The notes under the pieces were generated by a model. The model saw only the letters and a program-made list of their open reading frames with translations. It did not search any database and was not told where the DNA came from. From contig JADGDU010000005.1 of NCBI GenBank assembly GCA_016744705.1, positions 3,762-67,761 on the forward strand: DNA of 64,000 nucleotides. Direction: 5' to 3'. The position numbers were made by a program, and so were the translations under genes. The DNA comes from Candidatus Krumholzibacteriia bacterium. Lineage in GTDB: Bacteria; Krumholzibacteriota; Krumholzibacteriia; LZORAL124-64-63. Position 1 is the stretch's first letter. Each line of letters begins with the position of its first letter. Below, piece by piece: positions 36,866 to 46,200 of this stretch.

Positions 36866-38284
36866 ATGAGGCTGAGATTTTCCACTGTAATGTTTCTGGG
36901 CTGCCTGCTGACTTTGCCCTGGGTTGGAGTGGGGCTGATTCATCTTCTCTCGGGCCGCGATGTTGGTGGGGGATTGCAGCCATCGTGGTCTTTTTTGGCC
37001 TTGGCTATCTTCTTCCTTTTCGGTGAAAAACTCAGGTCTGGACAATTAAAATCTTCATTCACCAACATTTTCAACCGACCGAGTCCTTTGCTTCTTATTT
37101 CAGGGGCCAGCCTTCTTGCCGTTGTACTCTCTGGAGTGGGGCTCTACCTGGTGCCCTCGGTGGAATCGATGGCCACAGGTCTTGGGCGATGGACACGGCA
37201 AATCATCCAATTGATAGTCATGTTCTCTTTTGTTTGGTGGGCTGCCCTTTGGGTCCGAGGCACCCGGCGTTGGCAGCTGACCATGGACTTTCTCTTTCTG
37301 GGAGTCATCGTTCAAGTTTTGTACAGCTTTGCTCAGGGGATTGACTTTTACTTTCCCAGTGTCTGGTTTTCATGGGCTGAAGGGGTGTTCACGTCAAATC
37401 CCAGCATTCTCTCGGGGTCCGAAAAACTGTATCTTAATAATGTCCTACAGGAAATTCCGCGCTTAAGAGGTACCGTCTGTGAACCGTTGTACCTGGGAAA
37501 TTTCATTCTCATGGTGTGGCCTTTTTTGATGGTTTGGCGGCGACCGGCGGCTCTTCGTCTGGCTCTCGGTTTCCTCCTGTTTTTACTTCTGGTGCTGACC
37601 TGGTCCCGAGGAGCATGGTTGGGTTTCTTAGCGCAACTGTTTTTGCTGGCCCTGGTATTTGTGATTATGAGAAGTGGTAGACAGGCCCTCTCCCCAAATC
37701 CCTCTCATGGTAAAAGACTCAAATATCTGCCCTGGCTGTTTTTCGGCTTCTTGGTGGTAGTTAGTTTGGTGGATAGGGTCACTGGTGGCTGGATTCTGCA
37801 GCGTCTTATGGCCACCTTCAACAATCAGGATTGGTCTAACCTTACCAGGCTCTATAGCATGAAGGCGGCTTGGCTCGGCTTTTTACAAAGCCCGATTGTG
37901 GGGCTTGGTTGGGGGCAGTTCGCGTTTCATTTCCCTCTTCTGGTTGATCCCATGGGCTTGCAAAGCCAGTTTTCCTGGCCTGTGGTCAATAATTTCCCCC
38001 TAAAAGTTTTGTGCGAAACTGGTTTAGTGGGGTTTGGTGGCCTGATGGCCACTGGATTATATCTTATCCGTAGAGTCTGGCTGGTTCAGGTCCAACAATC
38101 CCATTTTCTTTCTTCTCAAAACATGGTACTTCCTGCGGCTGTGGGAGTTTGGGGAGTATGGACACAATTATTTAGCTTTTCCCAATACAATTTGCCCCAC
38201 ATTTGGTTAGGGATTGGTCTCTTGCTGGGTGCTCTGGCCCAAGCCCAAAGCTTTCCTGAAAAGGGAAATAAGGAAATTTCATGA
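36866..38284 (+). CDS. O-antigen ligase/Wzy_C family membrane protein
   Basis: Many TM segments; RLRGTVCEP, LTWSRGAWLG, SNLTR, PIVGLGWGQF, NNFPLKVLCETGLVG. Confidence 0.88.
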   Translation: MRLRFSTVMFLGCLLTLPWVGVGLIHLLSGRDVGGGLQPSWSFLALAIFFLFGEKLRSGQLKSSFTNIFNRPSPLLLISGASLLAVVLSGVGLYLVPSVESMATGLGRWTRQIIQLIVMFSFVWWAALWVRGTRRWQLTMDFLFLGVIVQVLYSFAQGIDFYFPSVWFSWAEGVFTSNPSILSGSEKLYLNNVLQEIPRLRGTVCEPLYLGNFILMVWPFLMVWRRPAALRLALGFLLFLLLVLTWSRGAWLGFLAQLFLLALVFVIMRSGRQALSPNPSHGKRLKYLPWLFFGFLVVVSLVDRVTGGWILQRLMATFNNQDWSNLTRLYSMKAAWLGFLQSPIVGLGWGQFAFHFPLLVDPMGLQSQFSWPVVNNFPLKVLCETGLVGFGGLMATGLYLIRRVWLVQVQQSHFLSSQNMVLPAAVGVWGVWTQLFSFSQYNLPHIWLGIGLLLGALAQAQSFPEKGNKEIS

Positions 38285-39420
38285 ATCGGAAGAATCCTCA
38301 TATTGTGCTGGATGCCCTGTTGGTGAACCAGCACCCCACTGGGGTGGGGCGTTCCATTTTGGAGTTGACCCGGGCTCTGGCAAGCGAAGACCGGTCCATG
38401 AAATTTACTGTGTTGGCCACTGATGGTGATTTGTTTTCCTGGTTGGATGGAAAACCGGGGTGGGATGTGGTGGAATGTTCAGGTGCCAAAGGCGGAACTT
38501 TACGCAAAGCCCTTTTCACCCAACTTAAAATTCCGAAACTATGCCTAAGCCTGAAGGCTGATCTTTTTCATAGTCTTCAATTTGTGGCTCCTATGAAGCT
38601 ATCGCTGCCCAACGTGGTGACGGTTCACGATCTGGCCTGGTTGCGCTTTCCACACACAGTGGAAGAGCCCCGCCGCACCTATTATCGGTTGATGGTTCCC
38701 CGAACTCTGAAAAGAGCAGCTGCAGTGGTGACCAACAGTGCGGCGACAGCAGCCGATGTGCAGCAATATTATCCTCACTGCCAGAATATTAAAGTGACAC
38801 CCTTTGGCACTCCCTCATGGGTGTGGGAGGGGGATACGCCAAACCTCGCAGACCCTCGTAAACGTCCTTTCTTTCTCTTTGTGGGCACTTTAGAGCCTCG
38901 CAAAAACTTGGAAAGAATTGTTGAGGCCTTCAGCAGACTGCAGGATAGGCCTCTTGAGGGGACAACAGATTGTTGGCCGTCTTTGGTTTTGGTGGGGGGC
39001 AAGGGCTGGAAGGATTCCAATCTGCGCCTTCTCATGGATCCTTTGGTGGCCTCCGGTGATCTGGAGGTTCTGGATTATTGTGATATCGGAAAATTACGGG
39101 ATCTGTATAGGGAGGCACAGGCATTGCTATTTCCTTCTCTGCATGAAGGCTTTGGGTTTCCTATTCTGGAAGCCATGGCTTTCGAATTGCCTGTGATTAC
39201 TTCGGGGCAGGGCGCGATGGCTGAGGTGGCCGGGCAGGACGCCCTGCTGGTGGACCCACTCAGCATTGATGAATTGTGTGATGCCATGAGCAAGCTGGCG
39301 AGCTCCGAAAAATTGCGGTCGCTTTTATCTTTTGGCGGTCCAGCCAGAGCACGCCACTGGTCTTGGGATAAAACGGCAGCCGAAACCGTGGCTGTTTATA
39401 CTGACGTTCTCAATAAATAA
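38281..39420 (+). CDS. Glycosyltransferase family 4 (MtfB-like)
   Basis: TGVGR, VVTVHDL, FVGTLEPRKN, FPSLHEGFGFPILEAMA. Confidence 0.93.
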   Translation: MNRKNPHIVLDALLVNQHPTGVGRSILELTRALASEDRSMKFTVLATDGDLFSWLDGKPGWDVVECSGAKGGTLRKALFTQLKIPKLCLSLKADLFHSLQFVAPMKLSLPNVVTVHDLAWLRFPHTVEEPRRTYYRLMVPRTLKRAAAVVTNSAATAADVQQYYPHCQNIKVTPFGTPSWVWEGDTPNLADPRKRPFFLFVGTLEPRKNLERIVEAFSRLQDRPLEGTTDCWPSLVLVGGKGWKDSNLRLLMDPLVASGDLEVLDYCDIGKLRDLYREAQALLFPSLHEGFGFPILEAMAFELPVITSGQGAMAEVAGQDALLVDPLSIDELCDAMSKLASSEKLRSLLSFGGPARARHWSWDKTAAETVAVYTDVLNK

Positions 39421-39561
39421 GTGGCTCACGCGGACTTTGGGGCGGAACTCAATTGAGAATGAGAAGAAATAACAATTGCTCAACTAGAGGCATTGGAGTA
39501 AGTTCTTTTTCTATCATACTGTAGACGGGATTTCAAAGGTACTGAGTTTCAGGGAGGAACC

Positions 39562-40776
39562 ATGGACCTGGGAATTATAGCTGTGCTGAGTTTTGCCGTG
39601 GCATTTCTAATGTCATGGCTTGTCCAGCCCCATTTTAGAAACCTGGGTTTTCTCACTGATATAGTGGATCACCCTGGGCATCGCCGTCCCCACCGGGAAA
39701 CAGTGCCCCGTACCGGGGGCATGGCTATTTTTATCTCTTTTTTCTGTGCTCTCTTTTTCCTTGAAAAAGTATTACTGCGTACCGAATTGCCGTGGTCTTG
39801 GCTGGGCATCCTTATTGGGGCTGGTTTGGCCATCTTGGCTTTGGGTGTGGGCGATGACCGGTTTGATATTCATGCGGAGAAAAAGCTTTACGGACAATTG
39901 GCTGTGATTCTTTTGCTCATGGTTTTTGGCCAAAGACTTGATTTTGTCGTTTTGCCCCTTGTTGGAAAGATTGGCCTGGGGGGATGGGCTTGGCCTTTCA
40001 CACTCTTTTGGTACCTGGGTTTTATCAACTCCATGAATCTCATTGACGGGTTGGATGGCCTGGCCAGTGGCATCAGTATCCTGGCATCCTTAACCTTGGT
40101 CATCATTGCCATGGTGGTGGGAGAAATCTACAGCATGCTGTTTGCGGCCACCCTGTGTGGCGCCACAGTGGCTTTCTTCTACTGGAACCTGAGCAGTCGC
40201 AAAATTTTCCTGGGCGATTCGGGAAGCATGTGGATGGGCCTGGTTTTGGGTAGTTTGATCATGAATCTGGGGCAAAAGGCTGGCTTGAGCCTGCCGCTGA
40301 TGTTGGCCCCCATGGTGGTCCCCATTTGGGATACTGGCACCACAATCATCCGCCGTTATCGTCGCCGCACTTCCATTTTTCAGGCTGATGATTACCATTT
40401 GCACCATAGGCTCCTGCGCCTGGGCTTTTCGCCCCGGGGAGTTGTGCTGTGCCTGCTCTTAGTGACCTCCGGCACCATCCTGTTTGCTCTCAGTGATTTC
40501 CTGGGCTTGGCCTGGCTGGGTTTACCTGCCATGGGTGCCTGGTTGTGGGTTGCCCAACTTGGTGGCATGCATCATTTGCAGAATCGGGCCCAAGGCATTG
40601 ATCTTTTTTCGGAGCTTTCTTATGCTCTGGGCTTCAACGACAGCATGGACAGCCTCAACAACCAGGCTGGGACCAATGTGGCCGATATCATCGATCTGCA
40701 GAGTGAACGGCAAAAAGCGAACCGGAAACGGACCTTGGATGCAACCACGGGACGCCCTGTTTCAGAAGATGACTAA
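39562..40776 (+). CDS. Undecaprenyl-phosphate sugar-1-phosphate transferase (WecA/TagO, MraY-like family)
   Basis: DHPGHRRPH..VPRTGG, GVGDD, NSMNLIDGLDGLA, IFLGDSGS, HLHHRLL. Confidence 0.92.
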   Translation: MDLGIIAVLSFAVAFLMSWLVQPHFRNLGFLTDIVDHPGHRRPHRETVPRTGGMAIFISFFCALFFLEKVLLRTELPWSWLGILIGAGLAILALGVGDDRFDIHAEKKLYGQLAVILLLMVFGQRLDFVVLPLVGKIGLGGWAWPFTLFWYLGFINSMNLIDGLDGLASGISILASLTLVIIAMVVGEIYSMLFAATLCGATVAFFYWNLSSRKIFLGDSGSMWMGLVLGSLIMNLGQKAGLSLPLMLAPMVVPIWDTGTTIIRRYRRRTSIFQADDYHLHHRLLRLGFSPRGVVLCLLLVTSGTILFALSDFLGLAWLGLPAMGAWLWVAQLGGMHHLQNRAQGIDLFSELSYALGFNDSMDSLNNQAGTNVADIIDLQSERQKANRKRTLDATTGRPVSEDD

Positions 40777-40823
40777 ACCACTCTTTCTTTGAGTGGAGGC
40801 AGTCCCCTGGGGAGTTGATTTTT

Positions 40824-41495
40824 ATGTCTTTCTCTCCATGGCCTGCTGAATTTGTCACTTTCCTTCAAGATCTCCAATCTCGCAAAGATCCCCGCATTCT
40901 GGACCTGGGTTCCGGCCAGGGAGATTTCTCTTTTTTGCTTAAGGATTTCAACTTGCAAATTTGGGGCTTGGATCGGTTGCCGAAAGTTGCCGGTGTGGTG
41001 GCTGATTTGCAGGCCGATGCCCTGGATCCACCCATTTTGCCTGGCAGTTTGGATTGCCTCCTGGCGGGGAACCTGGTGCGGCATTTGCTAACTCAAAATA
41101 AGAGCGGATCTTTTCTCTCTCGATGGTTGGAGCTTTTACGTCCTGGTGGGTGTTTGTTTCTGTTTGAAGACGAACCGGGGGAAAGCATCGAATCAGAGAA
41201 GAATTATTTTCTCCTTCAGGCTTTTTTGAGCCAAGTGATGCCCGCCACTAGAGGGCCTCTTTTATCCAGGAAGAAATTCTGTGATGTTGTGTCTGGGATC
41301 ACGCCCCAACAAGCATGGAATACAGGTTTTGTGGAAAATACGGAGAAGCCAGATTCTGTGGCGGTAATTTCCATGCTGAAGGGTGGGGCAAATGAGATTC
41401 CAGCATCAGGTCCAGTGGGACGATTGGTTTCTGACATTGAAAATCATGGATTGAGTTACGGATCCTATTGGTGGGCCCAGGCTCGCTTTCTTTGA
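40824..41495 (+). CDS. Class I SAM-dependent methyltransferase
   Basis: ILDLGSGQG motif I; LLRPGG. Confidence 0.82.
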   Translation: MSFSPWPAEFVTFLQDLQSRKDPRILDLGSGQGDFSFLLKDFNLQIWGLDRLPKVAGVVADLQADALDPPILPGSLDCLLAGNLVRHLLTQNKSGSFLSRWLELLRPGGCLFLFEDEPGESIESEKNYFLLQAFLSQVMPATRGPLLSRKKFCDVVSGITPQQAWNTGFVENTEKPDSVAVISMLKGGANEIPASGPVGRLVSDIENHGLSYGSYWWAQARFL

Positions 41496-41507
41496 ACCGG
41501 AGTGGTT

Positions 41508-42800
41508 ATGACTTCTGGATTGAAAATATTTCAGGTGGTGGCAGGTCTTGCCGTTTTAGCACTGTTTTTTGGGGTCTGCTTTCTTACTACGGTGCATTCA
41601 GGAGTTATCGACTGGAGTTCTCAACGTGCCGTGGTTTTGGAAAGTGATGATTGGGGTCTAGCGGGCTTTGTCCCTTCTGCAAATGTGTGGCATGGCCATA
41701 ATAGGGACGACCTGGTTCCCGGAAAATTCCCTGCGGTATATTGGGGGTCAACCCTGGAAGATTCTTTGATGGTGGCGGATTTGTGTCAGATTATGGCTTC
41801 AGCCCAAGGTGCCGATGGCTTATCTGCGGTCTTTCAGCCTAACTACGTGATGAGTTCTCTGAGTTATGAATCCAGCGAGGCCGGATGGGTTTGGCAACGT
41901 TATAATCTGCCCCATTTTCCTCCTACGTATCCACGACCGGGGATGTGGTCTGCGGTGAAACAGGGTATTGACCAGGGCTTATGGTATCCAGAATTTCATG
42001 CTACCTGGCATTATGATCCGACCATGCGGTTGCAAAAGGCGTTGGAAACAGATTTTGCACGAGGTCTTACCCAGGCCGGAGTCATGCTTTTTCCTGGCAG
42101 TGAAAAAGCAAGAGAACTGGGCTCTTGGCGCTCATTGGCCGATTTAAGTTATGAACTGCTGGAATCCCAACAAATTTTTGAACATGTTTTTCAGCGACCC
42201 GTGGGATCCGTCATTGCACCGGATTATACCTGGAATGATAAAGTGGAGGATATGTGGGAACGGCATGGCGTTAAGGTTATTCAGGGAAAGAGGGAGCAGC
42301 GGGATCCCACTCTGGGGCCTGGCAAATGGGGCCGAGGTTTGAAATATATCAAAAAGCAATGGGCCTTGGTTGGCCAAAGACAGCGCACCTATTTGGAGCG
42401 CAATTGTCGTTTGGAACCTGTTCAAGCCCCAGACCCAGATTCCATTGTGCAAACCTGTCTTCAGGACACCCGCAACGCCTGGAAGCGTAGCCAACCCGCA
42501 GTGGTGGAGACCCACCGTGTGAATTTTGTTCATGATGATCCGGCCATCGTTCAAACGGGCCAAAATTCCATGCAGAAATATTTGGATGAATTATGCAACT
42601 CACCTGATAATCTGCCTACTTTCATGGTTGATACTGAAATTGCGCAGTTGCAGAGCCGAGGCGTGAGTTGGGTTATTCGGGGTGAAAACCTCATCATGCG
42701 CAATGGTTCCCACAGTCGCCGGTTGGTGGTTGTGCAGCACCAAAATACGGAAAAATGGTTCCTTTTGGGGCCGGAATCCGTGTCCAACATTCCATGGTGA
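41508..42800 (+). CDS. Membrane-anchored putative polysaccharide deacetylase/glycoside-hydrolase-like protein
   Basis: N-terminal TM; ESDDWG, EFHATWH, IAPDYTW, THRVNF motifs suggest a metal-dependent carbohydrate esterase-like barrel. Confidence 0.55.
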   Translation: MTSGLKIFQVVAGLAVLALFFGVCFLTTVHSGVIDWSSQRAVVLESDDWGLAGFVPSANVWHGHNRDDLVPGKFPAVYWGSTLEDSLMVADLCQIMASAQGADGLSAVFQPNYVMSSLSYESSEAGWVWQRYNLPHFPPTYPRPGMWSAVKQGIDQGLWYPEFHATWHYDPTMRLQKALETDFARGLTQAGVMLFPGSEKARELGSWRSLADLSYELLESQQIFEHVFQRPVGSVIAPDYTWNDKVEDMWERHGVKVIQGKREQRDPTLGPGKWGRGLKYIKKQWALVGQRQRTYLERNCRLEPVQAPDPDSIVQTCLQDTRNAWKRSQPAVVETHRVNFVHDDPAIVQTGQNSMQKYLDELCNSPDNLPTFMVDTEIAQLQSRGVSWVIRGENLIMRNGSHSRRLVVVQHQNTEKWFLLGPESVSNIPW

Positions 42801-43205
42801 TACTTTTGTGAGGGAATATTACAAAAATTTAATAAACATCATTATGGCAAAATAACATAATATTGTGATGTAGGCCAGCGTTTCTTCGAGTTAAGACGTG
42901 AATTTGAGGCATTGAACTTTTTGTATGTTTGTGGTATAGTCATCTTTCGTATCCATTAGAAATCTCTGTGGGGGCGCCAATTGGCGAAAGAGGGCTTTTC
43001 TACGTATGCTTTCCCTTGTTTGATTCACGGAATATTGGATCCGTCAGAATTCTTAAGGGTTCCTGCGTTCCGGATTCGGTCCTGGGTCTGATTTTGGGGC
43101 CATTTAGACTGTAACAAAAACCTGAAGTTCATTCATAATACAATAATATGCCAACAGTAAACCTGGATCCTTTTCGAGGTGGTTCTGTTTCCATGGAGGA
43201 ATTGC

Positions 43206-46200
43206 ATGTCCGCATTTGGAATTAGCTCACGGTTGAAGCTTCCTTTGGCTTTTTTGGTCGTTTTGTTTGTGACCAATGTCGCTGGCTTCTCTAGCGCAAG
43301 ATCTGAAACAGTGATTTACGAGGGTGGTTTTGCACCTGATCTCTGGTCATGGGAGTATACCCCTGAAGGAGCCATCTACCCTTCTTTGGAGGGGCACCGA
43401 CAACTTTTGGAGCCGGGGCTGCCTATGGTTCCCGTACAGGACCTTGTCCTTCTGATTCCAGCTGGGTTGGACGTGGCCGAGGCTTGGGTTGAGCCGCTGT
43501 CCACCAGAACCGAAAAATTTTCGGATACACCCGCCCTTTCCCCTCCTCATATCACCGATACAGGGGAGATGATCTCCACTAGAAGGATGCAGCCTAGCGA
43601 AGGTGCCTTCCCTGCGGTCTGGGGAGAATTTTCCGGGACCCATACCTGGCGGGGATACAATCTTTTAACCCTGAGTGTTTATCCCGCTCAAATTGAAAAT
43701 CAGACGATCACGTTCCTGGACCAATACGCCGTGCAGGTCGTTTATGCTGATGGCCAACGCCAACGGTTGACCCTGGAACGCGAAAGATTTGTGGATGGGG
43801 AAGTCGCTTCCAATCAGGAAGTTCTTCGTGCTGTTGTGTCCAATACTCAGGCTCTGTCTGGCTACGCCCGTATCAATGGGGCCGTTGTTACAGAAGACAA
43901 GGGACAGTTCGTGCCTACGCGCACACCCAGCCTCAGTGGCAGTGCAGTGCAGTATCTCATCGTCACCAATGAGGACATGGCCCCTGAATTTCAGCGTCTG
44001 GCTGACTACAAAACCCGCCTCGGTATGCAAACTCTGGTGGTGACAAGGGAATACATTGCGGCCAATTTCCGTAACGGAGCCGACATTCAGGAAACCATCC
44101 GCATGTTCATCCAGGATGCTTATGCCAAGTGGGGTACTGAATATGTACTTCTGGGTGGGGATACCGATATCATTCCTCCCCGTTATGTGAACAATACTTT
44201 TTATCCAGCCACCAGTTTTACGGAAATTCCAGTGGACATGTATTTTGCCTGTCTGGATGGCAACTGGAACGCCAATGGCAATGCCCTCTTTGGTGAAGCT
44301 CTGTCCTCCACTGTGGAGGCGGATGATGTAGATTTCGCCGAAGAAGTTTATCTGGGGCGGGCCACCGTAAGTAACAGCACAGCAGCTCAGGTATTTGTGG
44401 ATAAAGTGATTTCCTATGAGACGACGCCTCAAGGATCTCAATGGCCCAACCGTATTCTCTATGCGGCGGAAGTGCTCTTTCCCTCATCCTATGAAGAGGG
44501 CATGAACATCATTCTGGATGGTGCTCAGTTCTCCGACCAGATGGTCAACGATTTGGTTGAGCCATGTACGGATATGGAATATGTCCGCATGCATGAGACC
44601 GATTCCCTCTTTCCCCGGGAAGAGGGTTTGACCCGTAGCGCTTTGATCGACAGTCTGAATACTGGGCACTATGGTATTTTTAACCAGATCGGCCATGGCT
44701 TTTATTTCAATATGTCCGTGGGAAATGAAAATTTCATGAACACGGATGCTGATGCCCTTGTCAATGGCGACCACCTCTTTGTGCTGTTCTCTCTGAACTG
44801 CGCGTCCGCCGCCTTTGATTACAGTTGCCTCATGGAACGTTTTCTGCAAAACCCTAATGGGGGATCCATCCTTTCCATTGGCTCTTCCCGGGCAGCATTT
44901 CCCAACAGCTCCAACAATTACCAACAGGGCTTCTTTGAGGCTCTGTATTGCACGGATGAAAACCGCAGTGGCAAACTCGTGGCCATCAGCCGGTTGCCTT
45001 ATCTTGGTAACACCGTATACAACTACGTTGATCGTTGGACCTTTGAAAATTACACACTTCTTGGTGATCCGACCTTGCCCATCTGGACAGGTGTTCCCCA
45101 GGGCCTTGGTGTGAGCTCATCGGATATGACTCTGGGACCTAACCAACTCAATTTGGTTGTTTCTGAAGGCGGCCAGCCTGCTCGCAATGCTCAGGTTTGT
45201 CTGTCACGGGATGGAGAAGATTTTGCTACTGGGCTGACTAATTTATCCGGTGCCGTCACCTTGGATTACCTGGCCAATATTGAAGGGGCCGTGGATCTGA
45301 GGGTTTCCGGAGTCAATTTGGCACAATTCCAGTCCACCGTGAATGTATTAGACGGAACATCCTATTTGGACCTGTCTTTTGTGGCCGTTACGGACAATGG
45401 ATCCAGTGGCTCTGCGGGTAATGGCAACACCGAAATTGAATCCGGAGAAGTGGTTAATCTCTCACCGATATTGCGTGAAACTGGAGGGGCTGGCCTTTCC
45501 AACCTAACTGGTATCTTGAGCACGACCAACCCCTTGGTAGATGTGTCTTCCAATGCGGCAAATTTTGCAAATGTTAGCGGTGGAGGCCTCACCGGCCCTC
45601 TGACGCCTTTTGTTGTTTCAGTGGACCCGGATATGGTTGATGGAACCCCGGTGACTTTCCAATTGATGCTGACAGATTCTCATGATGAATCTTTTGATGT
45701 TCAATGGACCACGGTGGTGAAAGCTCCCATGTTGGAAGTGGTCAGAATGGATTGGGAAGACGATACCTTTGGTAATGGAGATGGCTTCCTGGGCAACGGT
45801 GAAAGGGTCGTGCTGACCGTTGAAGTTAAAAACTTCGGAGCAGGGCAAGCAGACAATGCTGATCTTCGCATGCGTTCTTACAATGCCAATGTCTCTCTTT
45901 TTGATACCGTGGGAACCGTGGGCAGTCTTGAACTCATGGAAACTTCCGGAGATGTGAGCACGTTTTCTCTGGCTTTAAATGATGCCAGCCGGAAATCCCA
46001 AAGCTTCATATCCATCATTGATAATTACGGACGCTCGAGCCAGCATGCCTTCGTTTTGCAGCGGCCCGAAACACCCATGAATATTGAAACCGACACCAGT
46101 CTTGGCTCCGATGTTATTGCCTTGAACTGGGACCCTCTGGAAGCCGACGAATTGTTTGGGTATAACATTTTCCGAAGCCTTAGTCCGGACGGGCCTTTTG

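Noticed and set aside
42800-43205. ncRNA or 61-aa ORF in the long gap before the second C25 gene
   Set aside because: No recognisable RNA family or coding signal; treated as a regulatory region.
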